64,000 bases of DNA, taken from NCBI GenBank assembly GCA_902610585.1, contig CACLWE010000006.1, forward strand, positions 9,378 through 73,377, in the 5' to 3' direction. Shown here in pieces: positions 38,444 to 49,169 of this stretch; position 1 is the stretch's first letter; every line of letters starts with the position of its first letter. Below the pieces are notes generated by a model. The model was not told the DNA's origin. It worked only from the letters and a program-made list of their open reading frames with translations, and searched no databases. The position numbers and the translations under genes were made by a program. Source of the DNA: an uncultured Pelagibacteraceae bacterium (GTDB lineage: Bacteria; Pseudomonadota; Alphaproteobacteria; Pelagibacterales; AG-422-B15).

Positions 38444-39883
38444 ATGCTTAAATTTACTGATCTAAATCAAGAGTATCCTGATAAGAGATTATCAAAAGAT
38501 AGAAAAAAAGACTTTCGAGAAATCTATGATAATTTCATTAAAAATAGTGCAAAAGATCAGTCTAGCAGATGCTCTCAATGTGGCGTTCCATATTGCACAG
38601 TTCACTGTCCACTTCATAACCATATACCTGATTGGCTAAAGCTTGCCGCAGAGGACAGGCTGGAAGAGGCTTATGAAATTTCATCAAGTACAAATAATAT
38701 GCCTGAGATATGTGGCAGGATATGTCCACAAGATAGATTATGTGAAGGTAATTGCGTAATCGAGCAATCAGGACATGGATCCGTAACAATTGGCTCAGTA
38801 GAGAAATATTTAACAGATAATGCATTTGAGAATGGATGGATTACTCCTCTCAAGGTTGAAAAGAGCATAGAAAAAGAAAATAGCATAGGTGTAATTGGTG
38901 CAGGACCAGCAGGACTAGCAGCGGCAGAAGAACTTAGAAAAAAAGGTTACAAGGTTCATGTTTACGATCGTTACGACAGAGCCGGTGGATTATTAATTTA
39001 CGGTATTCCAAATTTTAAATTAGAAAAAGATATCGTTCAAAGGAGAATGCAATATTTAAAAGATTCTGGAATTAATATTCATCTTAATGTTGAAATTGGA
39101 AAAGATATAAAATTTGAAGACCTTCAAAAAAAACATGATGCAGTTTTAATAGCCACAGGTGTTTATAAAGCTAAAGAAATTAACCTTGGTGAAAGTACAA
39201 GTAACATAATTCCAGCATTAGAATACTTAACCGCATCTAATCGAAAAGGACTTGGAGATGAAGTTAAGAAATTTGATGAAGGTGAGTTGGATGCAAAAGG
39301 TAAAGACATTGTGGTTATTGGTGGCGGTGACACTGCAATGGACTGTGTACGAACTGCTGTAAGACAAAAAGCTAAATCTGTGAAATGTTTATACCGTAGA
39401 GATAAAGAAAATATGCCTGGTTCTGCAAGAGAGGTAAATAATGCTGAAGAGGAAGGCGTCGAATTCATGTGGCAATCTCTCCCAATTAATATGAATGTTT
39501 CAAAAAATGATTACCAAATTGAATGTGTTAAAATGAGATTGAGTGAGCCTGATGCTGATGGAAGAAGAACACCGCAACAAATTGAAGGATCTGATTTTAA
39601 TTTGAAGGCTGATATGGTCATAGCTGCTCTAGGTTTTTCTCCTGAAAATTTACCCACACTTTTTAATGTTAAAGACTTACCAGTGACAAAGTGGGGCACA
39701 GTAAGAGTTGGTTTTAATACTATGATGACTGATATTGATGGAGTCTTTGCTGCAGGAGATATCGTTAGAGGGGCTTCATTAGTAGTTTGGGGAATAAGGG
39801 ATGGTCGAGATGTGGCTAATTCAATACACAGTTATATTGAAGCTAAAAAACTGGCAGAGGTTAGTAAGGTTAGAGCATCATGA
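38444..39883 (+). CDS. gltD: glutamate synthase (NADPH) small subunit
   Basis: N-terminal Fe-S cysteines (CSQCGVPYC..HCP; CGRICP...CEGNC). Two dinucleotide folds (GAGPAGLAAA, VIGGGDTAMDC). Confidence 0.9.
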   Translation: MLKFTDLNQEYPDKRLSKDRKKDFREIYDNFIKNSAKDQSSRCSQCGVPYCTVHCPLHNHIPDWLKLAAEDRLEEAYEISSSTNNMPEICGRICPQDRLCEGNCVIEQSGHGSVTIGSVEKYLTDNAFENGWITPLKVEKSIEKENSIGVIGAGPAGLAAAEELRKKGYKVHVYDRYDRAGGLLIYGIPNFKLEKDIVQRRMQYLKDSGINIHLNVEIGKDIKFEDLQKKHDAVLIATGVYKAKEINLGESTSNIIPALEYLTASNRKGLGDEVKKFDEGELDAKGKDIVVIGGGDTAMDCVRTAVRQKAKSVKCLYRRDKENMPGSAREVNNAEEEGVEFMWQSLPINMNVSKNDYQIECVKMRLSEPDADGRRTPQQIEGSDFNLKADMVIAALGFSPENLPTLFNVKDLPVTKWGTVRVGFNTMMTDIDGVFAAGDIVRGASLVVWGIRDGRDVANSIHSYIEAKKLAEVSKVRAS

Positions 39884-42800
39884 GTTTAGATTTAAATAGA
39901 TACAGAAAAAATAAGCAAGTCTTGGAAGAAGGGCACCTTTATAGTCCTAAACAAGAGCACGATGCATGCGGTGTTGGCTTTGTAGCATCAGTTGATGGTA
40001 AGCAAAGAAGAGAAGTTGTAGAAGGTGGTATCGATGCGCTAAAAGCTGTGTGGCACAGAGGTGCTGTTGATGCTGATGGTAAGACAGGGGATGGTGCCGG
40101 CATACTTACTCAAATACCTATAAACTTCTTTGATGACGAAATTGCTAAAACAGGCCATGAAAAAAGAGACGAGCCTCTAGGCATTGGTATGATGTTTTTG
40201 CCAAGAAACGACTATGCAGCATTAGAAAAATGTCGAACAATAATTGAGTCTGAACTTCTTGATCATGGATACTATATATATGGCTGGAGACAAGTGCCTA
40301 TTAATAACAGTGTTATTGGTGAAAAAGCTAATTCAACTAGACCTGAGATTGAGCAGGTTATGTTTGTTAATAACATTGAAAGAGAAAGTAATTTTGATTA
40401 TTCAAAAGAATTATATCTAGTAAGACGTCGACTTGAAAAGAGAATAGCAAAACAGCAAATTAATGGATTTTATGTATGCTCTCTAAGTTTTGAGTCAATC
40501 ATTTACAAGGGACTATTTTTAGCTGAACAACTTTCCATATTCTATCCTGATTTAGCTAATAATAATTTTGTTTCTTCTTATGCGGTGTTTCATCAAAGAT
40601 ATTCTACAAATACCTTTCCATCCTGGGGTTTGGCGCAACCATTTAGAATGTTGGCTCACAATGGGGAGATAAATACAATTTCCGGAAATACAAACTGGAT
40701 GAGAAATCATCAAACAAGAATTACATCAGAAATTTTTGGTGATGATAGTGAACAAGTTAAACCAATTATAGAAAAAAATGTTTCTGACTCTGCTGCCTTA
40801 GATGCCGCATTTGAATTATATGTTAGAGCTGGAAGATCAGTTCCTCTTGTTAAAACTCTTCTAATACCAGAGGCATGGTCAAAAAGAAGTGAACTAATGC
40901 CAATTGAGCATAGAAATATGTATGAGTTTTCTAATGCTATTGTAGAACCATGGGATGGACCCGCAGCAATAGCTGCAGTTGACGGAAATTGGATTATTGG
41001 TGGTATGGATCGAAATGGCTTAAGGCCAATGCGGTACTCTGTATCAAATGACAACATAATATATGTTGGTTCTGAGACAGGAATGGTCAGGGTAGATGAG
41101 TCAAAGATAGTTGAAAAAGGCAGACTGGGCCCTGGAGATATAATTGGAATAAATTTGAAGGAAGGAAAAATTTATCGTAACTCTGATTTAAAAGACTATC
41201 TTGCGAAAGAAGCTCCTTATGAAGAGTATGTCAAAAAAATAATTCGATTAGATAAAAGAGTAACAGTTTCAAGAGAGTCGACAGTTATAGAAACTGAAAA
41301 ATTAAGAAAAAGAATGATCGCGGCTGGTTTCACAATGGAAGAACTAGAACTTATTCTTCATCCAATGGTGAGTGATGCCAAGGAATCTACTGGAAGCATG
41401 GGTGATGATACTCCTGTTGCAGTATTATCGGACAAGTATCGGCCATTATCTCATTTTTTTAGACAAAAGTTTAGTCAGGTAACAAATCCTCCAATTGATA
41501 GTCTAAGAGAGCAAAGCAGAATGAGTTTAAAAACTCGATTTGGAAATTTACAAGATATTCTATCTCCTAATCCTTATGAAGAAAATGTTTTTGTAATTGA
41601 TAGTCCATTTATAACAAATGGGTTGTTCAAAAAGATTTCTGCTCGGGGACAAGAGTCTACAACTGTAATTGATTGTACAGTTCATAAGGATAATTTTAAT
41701 TTAAAAGAGGAAATAAAGCGTATTCAATTCGAGTCTGAGACTGCAGTTTTAAGCGGAAAGTCTCATATCGTACTGTCTGATATTAGTGCGGACCACGACA
41801 AATTATCTTTACCAATGATATTGATCACCGCTGCAGTTCACACAGATTTGACACGTAAAGGTATAAGATCTTTTGTATCATTGCACGTAAGGTCTGCAGA
41901 GTGTCTGGATACTCATTACTTTGCTGTACTTATTGGTGTTGGCGCCACGACCGTAAACCCTTACTTAGCATTAGACTGTATTTATGAAAGACAACAAAAA
42001 GGACTCTTTGGAAATCTATCTTACGAGGAATGTGTTGAGCGATATAAAAAAGCTGTAGACCAAGGCTTACTCAAGGTTATGTCTAAGCTTGGAATTTCAG
42101 TTATCAGTGCTTACAGGGGCGGATTTAATTTTGAAGCTGTTGGCTTAAGCCGTTCAATGGTTAATGAATATTTCCTGGGTGTACAAAGTCGTATGTCTGG
42201 CATTGGTTTATCTGGAATTGAAAAAAAACTAACCGATCTTCATAATTATGCGTATTCGGATAGCGTACAAACATTGCCAATTGGTGGTATATATCGGTAC
42301 AGAAACGGTGGTGAAACTCATGCTTATGAAGGGAAGTTGATACACCTTCTACAAACAGCAGTGGCAGATGACTCTTATGAGATGTTTAAAAAATATTCAA
42401 ACTCGATGAGCAACTTTGCTCCAATCAATATTAGAGATTTGCTCGAGTTTAAAGAAAGTGAAAGTTCAATTGAATTAAGCGAAGTAGAATCAATAACGTC
42501 TATCAGAAAGCGCTTCGGTACAGGTAGTATGTCACATGGAGCACTTTCAAAGGAGGCCCATGAAACACTAGCAATAGCAATGAACCGGATCGGAGGTGCT
42601 TCTTGTTCAGGCGAAGGCGGTGAATCGATTGAAAGGTCGAAGCCTCTCAATAATGGAGACAGTGCTAACTCAAGAGTAAAACAAGTAGCTTCCGCAAGGT
42701 TTGGTGTAACAACTGAATATTTAAATAACTGTGAGGAAATAGAAATTAAAATAGCACAAGGAGCTAAGCCAGGTGAGGGCGGTCAGCTTCCTGGATTTAA

Positions 42801-44400
42801 AGTAACTGCTGAGATAGCCAAGCTTCGTCACTCAACAGAAGGTGTTACACTAATCAGCCCTCCACCACATCACGATATTTATTCAATAGAAGATCTTGCT
42901 CAACTTATTTATGATCTTAAACAGGCAAACCCAGATGCCAGAGTTTGTGTAAAGCTTGTAGCGTCATCTGGAATTGGAACAATAGCGGCAGGTGTTGCGA
43001 AGGCTAAAGCTGACGTCATTTTAATTTCAGGACATAATGGCGGAACTGGAGCAAGTCCTCAAACAAGTATTAAATACGCGGGTATCCCGTGGGAAATGGG
43101 CTTAACAGAAGTGAATCAAGTTTTGACACTTAACGGCTTAAGGCAAAACGTTGTGCTTAGAACTGATGGAGGTATCAAAACAGGTCGTGATGTTGTAATT
43201 GCTGCAATTATGGGTGCCGAGGAGTTTGGTGTTGGCACAACTTCACTGGTTGCGATGGGCTGTATAATGGTAAGGCAATGTCACTCAAACACATGTCCAG
43301 TTGGAGTTTGTACTCAAGATGAGGACTTAAGAGCGAGATTTTCAGGTAGTCCTGAAAAAGTGGTTAACCTTTTTAGTTATATAGCTGAAGAGGTAAGAGA
43401 AATCTTAGCAAAACTTGGATTCAAAAGCCTAAACGAAATCATTGGAAGAACTGACCTTTTGTATCAAATATCAAGGGGATCAACTCATTTAGATGACTTA
43501 GACCTTAATTCATTGCTCATTCAAGCGGAAAAGGATCCAAACGTAGAATACTTTAGCCACTCCATTATCAATGACGTTGGGTCAACACTTGACCAAAAAA
43601 TTATTGAGGATGCATCTAAATTTTTACAAACAGGTCAAAAAACTGAACTAAACTATCCCATTAAAAATACCGATAGAGCTGTTGGTACAAGATTATCGTC
43701 AACTATATACAGAACTTTCAAAGATAAAGAAGTTAATAAAGAACATCTGACTATTAATCTGACTGGGTCAGCGGGTCAGTCGCTAGGAGCTTTTGCTATT
43801 AAAGGACTAAAAATAAATCTTTATGGAGACTCAAATGATTATGTTGGTAAAGGTTTATCTGGTGCAACTATTTCAATTCGACCTCATAAGAATAGTAATT
43901 TAGTTACAAATGAAAATACAATAATCGGAAATACAGTTCTTTACGGTGCTACCTCAGGAGAGTTATATGCTGCTGGGCAAGCAGGCGAGCGGTTTGCTGT
44001 AAGGAATTCAGGGGCGATTACAGTTGTAGAAGGATGTGGCTCTAACGGCTGTGAGTACATGACTGGTGGCACTGTTGTTGTGCTTGGAAAAACTGGAGAT
44101 AATTTCGGAGCGGGAATGACAGGAGGTATGGCTTTTATTTATGATGAGGATAAAAAATTTAATCAGAGAGTTAACACTGAAACTCTAATTTTTGATACTA
44201 TAGCATCTGAATATTGGACAAATGAACTTAACCAAATTATTCTTTCACATTATCAAAATACGGGAAGTCTTCACGCGAAGAGCATATTAGACAATTGGCA
44301 AACTGAAATACAAAAATTTATACACGTATGTCCAAAAGAGATAGTAAACATTCTTCCTCAGCCATTAGGCTTCAAAGATCAGTTGAAGAAAGTCAACTAG
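39880..44400 (+). CDS. gltB: glutamate synthase (NADPH) large subunit
   Basis: 1506 aa. Ntn-amidotransferase Cys after the propeptide (EHDACGVGF), FMN/3Fe-4S domain, and a C-terminal GXGXG beta-helix domain. ATGA overlap with gltD. Confidence 0.95.
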   Translation: MSLDLNRYRKNKQVLEEGHLYSPKQEHDACGVGFVASVDGKQRREVVEGGIDALKAVWHRGAVDADGKTGDGAGILTQIPINFFDDEIAKTGHEKRDEPLGIGMMFLPRNDYAALEKCRTIIESELLDHGYYIYGWRQVPINNSVIGEKANSTRPEIEQVMFVNNIERESNFDYSKELYLVRRRLEKRIAKQQINGFYVCSLSFESIIYKGLFLAEQLSIFYPDLANNNFVSSYAVFHQRYSTNTFPSWGLAQPFRMLAHNGEINTISGNTNWMRNHQTRITSEIFGDDSEQVKPIIEKNVSDSAALDAAFELYVRAGRSVPLVKTLLIPEAWSKRSELMPIEHRNMYEFSNAIVEPWDGPAAIAAVDGNWIIGGMDRNGLRPMRYSVSNDNIIYVGSETGMVRVDESKIVEKGRLGPGDIIGINLKEGKIYRNSDLKDYLAKEAPYEEYVKKIIRLDKRVTVSRESTVIETEKLRKRMIAAGFTMEELELILHPMVSDAKESTGSMGDDTPVAVLSDKYRPLSHFFRQKFSQVTNPPIDSLREQSRMSLKTRFGNLQDILSPNPYEENVFVIDSPFITNGLFKKISARGQESTTVIDCTVHKDNFNLKEEIKRIQFESETAVLSGKSHIVLSDISADHDKLSLPMILITAAVHTDLTRKGIRSFVSLHVRSAECLDTHYFAVLIGVGATTVNPYLALDCIYERQQKGLFGNLSYEECVERYKKAVDQGLLKVMSKLGISVISAYRGGFNFEAVGLSRSMVNEYFLGVQSRMSGIGLSGIEKKLTDLHNYAYSDSVQTLPIGGIYRYRNGGETHAYEGKLIHLLQTAVADDSYEMFKKYSNSMSNFAPINIRDLLEFKESESSIELSEVESITSIRKRFGTGSMSHGALSKEAHETLAIAMNRIGGASCSGEGGESIERSKPLNNGDSANSRVKQVASARFGVTTEYLNNCEEIEIKIAQGAKPGEGGQLPGFKVTAEIAKLRHSTEGVTLISPPPHHDIYSIEDLAQLIYDLKQANPDARVCVKLVASSGIGTIAAGVAKAKADVILISGHNGGTGASPQTSIKYAGIPWEMGLTEVNQVLTLNGLRQNVVLRTDGGIKTGRDVVIAAIMGAEEFGVGTTSLVAMGCIMVRQCHSNTCPVGVCTQDEDLRARFSGSPEKVVNLFSYIAEEVREILAKLGFKSLNEIIGRTDLLYQISRGSTHLDDLDLNSLLIQAEKDPNVEYFSHSIINDVGSTLDQKIIEDASKFLQTGQKTELNYPIKNTDRAVGTRLSSTIYRTFKDKEVNKEHLTINLTGSAGQSLGAFAIKGLKINLYGDSNDYVGKGLSGATISIRPHKNSNLVTNENTIIGNTVLYGATSGELYAAGQAGERFAVRNSGAITVVEGCGSNGCEYMTGGTVVVLGKTGDNFGAGMTGGMAFIYDEDKKFNQRVNTETLIFDTIASEYWTNELNQIILSHYQNTGSLHAKSILDNWQTEIQKFIHVCPKEIVNILPQPLGFKDQLKKVN

Positions 44401-45503
44401 ATAAAAGTAATGAACTAAAAAAATTAATAGAGCAGCATGGTTTTGATACTTTTGGTGTTGTAGATATAAACCCGAACTTGGATTTTAAAAAAGAACTAGA
44501 TGAGTTCTTGGAAAAAAATCATCATGGTGAAATGGCATGGATGGAGAAAAGATCTAATTGTAGATCAAATCCAAATGTTTTGTGGGATGAAGCTCAGTCA
44601 ATAATTGTTCTTGGGATCAACTATCACTTTGAATGTAATTCGCTTGAGTTATTATCTGAAAAAAATAAGGGTATAATTTCTGTTTATTCAAGAAATTCTG
44701 ATTATCATAAAATTATTAAAAAAAAATTGAAAAGTCTTTCATTTGAAATTTCAAAGTTGTTTAATTGTAGTTTTAAATACTTTGTGGATACAGCTCCTGT
44801 TATGGAAAAGCCTATTTCTATGAAAGGTGGCATTGGTTGGCAAGGCAAGCATACAAATCTAGTTTCAAAAGACTTTGGATCATGGTTATTTCTTTCATCA
44901 ATTTTTGTTGATATTAAAATAAATAATACTCATCCAGAAATTGATCATTGTGGTTCATGTACAAACTGTATTGATATATGCCCAACTAATGCAATTGTTG
45001 AGCCTTACAAATTAGATGCTACTAAATGTATTTCATATCTCACAATAGAACATAAAGGAATTATAGATAAAAATATGAGAAAACTAATTGGAAATAGAAT
45101 TTATGGTTGTGATGATTGTTTAGCAGTTTGCCCCTGGAATAAATTTGCAAAAAAATCTAAAGAAATTAGTTTTTATCCGAGAGATGATCTTATCAAGCCT
45201 GATTTAAGTAGTTTTTTAAGTTTAACAGATGAAGATTTCAGAAAAAAGTTTTCTAAATCCAGCATCAAAAGGATTGGTAGAGATAGATTTTTAAGAAATG
45301 TATTGATCGCAGTTGGAAATAGTAAAGAAAAAAAATATAAGACAGATATTGAGGCACTTTTAGAAGATGAATCTTCTACTGTAAGAGCAATGGCCGTTTG
45401 GTCATTAAAGCAAGTGATCGATAGTAATCATATTGAAAGTTATAAAAAAAAATATTTCGCTCTTGAAAAAAATAAAAGTGTCCAAGAAGAATGGTTAAAT
45501 TAA
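44328..45503 (+). CDS. queG: tRNA epoxyqueuosine(34) reductase
   Basis: Two 4Fe-4S ferredoxin motifs (CGSCTNCIDICP; CDDCLAVCPWN) and a C-terminal HEAT-like part. The only in-frame ATG is 44328, which overlaps gltB by 73 nt, so the start is uncertain. Confidence 0.8.
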   Translation: MSKRDSKHSSSAIRLQRSVEESQLDKSNELKKLIEQHGFDTFGVVDINPNLDFKKELDEFLEKNHHGEMAWMEKRSNCRSNPNVLWDEAQSIIVLGINYHFECNSLELLSEKNKGIISVYSRNSDYHKIIKKKLKSLSFEISKLFNCSFKYFVDTAPVMEKPISMKGGIGWQGKHTNLVSKDFGSWLFLSSIFVDIKINNTHPEIDHCGSCTNCIDICPTNAIVEPYKLDATKCISYLTIEHKGIIDKNMRKLIGNRIYGCDDCLAVCPWNKFAKKSKEISFYPRDDLIKPDLSSFLSLTDEDFRKKFSKSSIKRIGRDRFLRNVLIAVGNSKEKKYKTDIEALLEDESSTVRAMAVWSLKQVIDSNHIESYKKKYFALEKNKSVQEEWLN

Positions 45504-45507
45504 ACTT

Positions 45508-46356
45508 ATGATTTTTATATTTGGTTATGGATATACAGCCAAACATCTTGCAAGCAAGGTAAGTGATAAAGAAATTTTTGCCACTTCTCGAAGTCTAAAT
45601 AGTTTACAAATTAATCAAAAAAACAATCGAATTATTGACCCTTCGAAGACCCCAAATATTCTCGAAAAATATAAAAATGAAATAACTCATTTAGTTATAT
45701 CTGTGCCACCAGATCAAAGTGGTGATATTTTTTTAAAAAATATAAATTTTAATTTACATGAATTAATTAATCTTAAATGGATTGGCTACTTATCTGCTAC
45801 CAGTGTTTATGGCGATCATGATGGTCAATTTGTGAGTGAAACCTCAAGATTACTTACTAAGTCTAAAAGAGGAATTAGCCGCAAGCTTGCAGAGGATCAG
45901 TGGATTCAGTTATCTAAAAAATATAATCTACCCTTACATATTTTTAGAATTGCTGGCATATATGGACCAGAAAGAAATATTCTTGGGAGAATTCAATCTC
46001 GAAATTTCACAAGAATAATAAAAAAGGGACATTATTTTTCAAGAATATACATCAATGATTTAACAAATATTATTTTAGCTTCAATGAACAAACCGAATCC
46101 TATTTCTATATACAATATTGCTGACGAATGTCCGTCGACTCTAGATGATGTGATTGACTATATTTCAAAAAAGATTTCAATTATTATGCCAAATGAAGTT
46201 CTTTATGAAACGTTAAGTAAAAAAGAACAAATAGAAAGTTTTTTTTCTGAAAATAAAAAAGTGAGCAACAGGCTTATCAAAGAAGAACTTGGTATTGTTT
46301 TAAAATACCCCTCATATAAAGAAGGTTATAATCAAATCATTAATTTAAATAATTAA
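45508..46356 (+). CDS. NAD-dependent epimerase/dehydratase-fold (SDR family) protein
   Basis: N-terminal FGYGYTAKHLA Rossmann-like motif. 282 aa. Confidence 0.55.
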   Translation: MIFIFGYGYTAKHLASKVSDKEIFATSRSLNSLQINQKNNRIIDPSKTPNILEKYKNEITHLVISVPPDQSGDIFLKNINFNLHELINLKWIGYLSATSVYGDHDGQFVSETSRLLTKSKRGISRKLAEDQWIQLSKKYNLPLHIFRIAGIYGPERNILGRIQSRNFTRIIKKGHYFSRIYINDLTNIILASMNKPNPISIYNIADECPSTLDDVIDYISKKISIIMPNEVLYETLSKKEQIESFFSENKKVSNRLIKEELGIVLKYPSYKEGYNQIINLNN

Positions 46357-47243
46357 ATTCCTGTATTCGACTCAACTTGTAATCTACTAATTGCGATCCC
46401 AACTACTACAAGTATAACACCAATTAATAATGAAAATTTCAGTTGTTCATTCATTAATGCCCAGCCATAAAATATACCAAATACAGGAATTAAATATGCC
46501 ACCTGCATCATGAAAGTAGTTCCCGCAGTTCTAATCAATATTTGTCTCAGACTAAATGCTAGGCCAGTTGGAATTATACCTAAATAAAATAATGCAGATA
46601 TCGCTGTAAGATTCATTTGATAATTTATTGGTTCAGCAAATAATAGCATCAATGGAATAAGCCATATACTTCCCCATGCGAGCGTATTCATCGTAACCAT
46701 ATCGGAAGGCAAGTTTGAAACTTTTCGAATAATTAAATTTGATACCACATATGAACAACCTGCTAAATAAATCGCTAGAGCGCCGATAAAACTTGATATA
46801 TCAGTTACAAAAACTTGCACGCCAACCGCGAACACAACTCCAGAAAAACCAATTATAGTTCCTATCATTTTTCTAAGGTTTAATTTTTCATCATCTGTAA
46901 AATAATGTGCCAATATCAATGCAAGAAATGGGTTGGCTGACATTATAATAACACCTATGTTGCTAGGCAGTGTTAATAATCCGTAGGGGATCAAAGTGAA
47001 AGGGATTGCGGCGTTAAATAATCCAATGATTGCGTAAGTAAATGTATTTTCTTTAAAAAGCTGAAGGTTTCCTGCTCTATATAGAACTGCTAAAAGAAGA
47101 AAAATCGCCCCAATAAATGTTCTAAAAAACCCTATTTCAATTGGATTAAACATAAAGTTGCAAAACTTTATTGCTACAAAAGAGGCTCCCCAAACAGCAC
47201 CAAGAAATACCAAAAGTGAATAATTATTAAGAGTGGAATTCAT
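46353..47243 (-). CDS. DMT-superfamily (EamA-like) transporter
   Basis: Ten hydrophobic segments, 296 aa. Confidence 0.75.
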   Translation of the reverse strand: MNSTLNNYSLLVFLGAVWGASFVAIKFCNFMFNPIEIGFFRTFIGAIFLLLAVLYRAGNLQLFKENTFTYAIIGLFNAAIPFTLIPYGLLTLPSNIGVIIMSANPFLALILAHYFTDDEKLNLRKMIGTIIGFSGVVFAVGVQVFVTDISSFIGALAIYLAGCSYVVSNLIIRKVSNLPSDMVTMNTLAWGSIWLIPLMLLFAEPINYQMNLTAISALFYLGIIPTGLAFSLRQILIRTAGTTFMMQVAYLIPVFGIFYGWALMNEQLKFSLLIGVILVVVGIAISRLQVESNTGI

Positions 47244-47989
47244 TACAATAATTCTTCGATATTTTTGTATAAAGTATTTAGATCAGTTTCTCTTGAAAGA
47301 CTATGATCTCCATCTTCAATAATTGTCAGTTTTTTATTTTTACTTTCTAATAATTCAATAATTTTCTCAGAGGTTTTAAAACTTACCACCTGATCTTTCC
47401 TTCCATGAAGAAGCCTTACAGGACAAGAGATATTTATTGGCTTTGTTAAGAGCATATTTTTTTTTCCATCTTCAAGAAATTTATAAGTTATGGTGTAATC
47501 TTCAGCATACTTATCCCAATTAATTATAATTTTACCTTCAGACTTAATTTGTTTTTTTTGTTCAACACTTAGCCTATTCCATTCACCTACAACAAAATCT
47601 GGTGCTGATGCTATACCTACTAGACCATGCACATAATTTGATCTTTGCTTAGATACGATCAAAGAAATCCATCCACCCATACTCGAACCAATAATAATAT
47701 TTTTATTTGATTTAAATTTTTCAAATATTTCACTCGCTTCTATTGACCACTTACTAATTCCGCCATCTTCAAATTTACCCTTTGACACGCCATGACCAGA
47801 ATAGTCAAATCTCAAAAAATTCAGTTTATTTTCAATGCACCATTTACTCAAAGCAGTTGCCTTAGTTCCATCCATGCTTGAGCTATATCCTCCAAAAAAG
47901 AAAATTGTTGTTTGCGATTTAAGATCATCTTTTGAATAAGCGATTTGTTCATCAAAAGAAGAATTAATGTAACTAATTTTATTTTGCAT
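47243..47989 (-). CDS. alpha/beta-fold hydrolase
   Basis: Nucleophile elbow GSSMGG and a C-terminal GDH catalytic His region. 248 aa. Confidence 0.7.
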   Translation of the reverse strand: MQNKISYINSSFDEQIAYSKDDLKSQTTIFFFGGYSSSMDGTKATALSKWCIENKLNFLRFDYSGHGVSKGKFEDGGISKWSIEASEIFEKFKSNKNIIIGSSMGGWISLIVSKQRSNYVHGLVGIASAPDFVVGEWNRLSVEQKKQIKSEGKIIINWDKYAEDYTITYKFLEDGKKNMLLTKPINISCPVRLLHGRKDQVVSFKTSEKIIELLESKNKKLTIIEDGDHSLSRETDLNTLYKNIEELL

Positions 47990-48029
47990 AATGATTTACT
48001 ATTCATCATTTAACTATTAGAAATACTAT

Positions 48030-49169
48030 ATGCAATCAAAAATTTGCGTATTACAAGTAATACCTAATCTTGATGTAAGTGGTGCTTCTCAAGGATGTGT
48101 AGATGTTGCAAATTTTTTGTCAGAGAAGAACTATAATTCTTATATTCTAACGCATTCAGGGCCTAAAACATCAGAAGTAAAAGACTACAATGAAAAAGTT
48201 TTCTATGCTTCTGTTAACTCTAAAAATCCAATCAAAATCTTTTTTAATATAATTAAAATTATAAAACTTATCAAAAAACTAAATATTACAATTGTTCACG
48301 CTAGAAGTAGAGCGCCTGCATGGAGCTCATACTTTGCATGCGCTGTAACTGGCACAAAATTTATTACTACATTTCATGGTACATACAATTTTAGTAATCC
48401 ACTAAAAAAGTACTATAACTCCATTATGTTAAAAACAAATGGAACAATAGCAATTTCAGAGTTTATTAATGATCACATAAATAATTGTTACCCAACTAAA
48501 AATTATAATATTAGAACTATTGCCAGAGGCATAGACCTCAATTTTTTTGATCCAAATAACGTTAAAGCTCAGCAGGTACAATTAATTATAAATGAACTCA
48601 ATATTGATTATGATGCAATTAAGATCCTTCTTGCCGGAAGAATAACGGAGTGGAAGGGACATAAACTTCTTCTTCAAGCGATTTCTAATATTATTAAACA
48701 AACAAATTATAAATTCGAGGTAATTTTTGTTGGTCCTGATGAAAATTATAAACTAAAGAATTCATTAAAAAATTTTGCAAATGAACACAACCTCGCAAAA
48801 TCTCTACATTTTGTGGGTTCAAGAACTGATCTGAATAATTTTTATAGTTTGGCTGATTTAGTAATATCTGCGTCAACAGATCCAGAAGCTTTTGGTAGAA
48901 TTTCTGTCGAGGCCCAAGCAATGGGTAAATTTGTAATAGCGTCAAATCATGGAGGATCAGTCGAGACAGTGAATGACGGCGAAACAGGCTACTTATTTGA
49001 AAATAATAACGCTGAGGATCTATGCAAAAAAATTATTAATGCAATTTCTAATGAAAAATATAAATCAGAAAAGACTTCAGAAGCATGCATTTCACATGTT
49101 AGAGAAAAATATTCAAAAATTAAAATGTGTGAGGAGACAATAAATTTTTACAAAGAAGTTATAAATTAA
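48030..49169 (+). CDS. glycosyltransferase family 4 (GT-B, group 1)
   Basis: E-x7-E region (EAFGRISVEAQAMGKFVIASNHGGSVE). Confidence 0.75.
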   Translation: MQSKICVLQVIPNLDVSGASQGCVDVANFLSEKNYNSYILTHSGPKTSEVKDYNEKVFYASVNSKNPIKIFFNIIKIIKLIKKLNITIVHARSRAPAWSSYFACAVTGTKFITTFHGTYNFSNPLKKYYNSIMLKTNGTIAISEFINDHINNCYPTKNYNIRTIARGIDLNFFDPNNVKAQQVQLIINELNIDYDAIKILLAGRITEWKGHKLLLQAISNIIKQTNYKFEVIFVGPDENYKLKNSLKNFANEHNLAKSLHFVGSRTDLNNFYSLADLVISASTDPEAFGRISVEAQAMGKFVIASNHGGSVETVNDGETGYLFENNNAEDLCKKIINAISNEKYKSEKTSEACISHVREKYSKIKMCEETINFYKEVIN

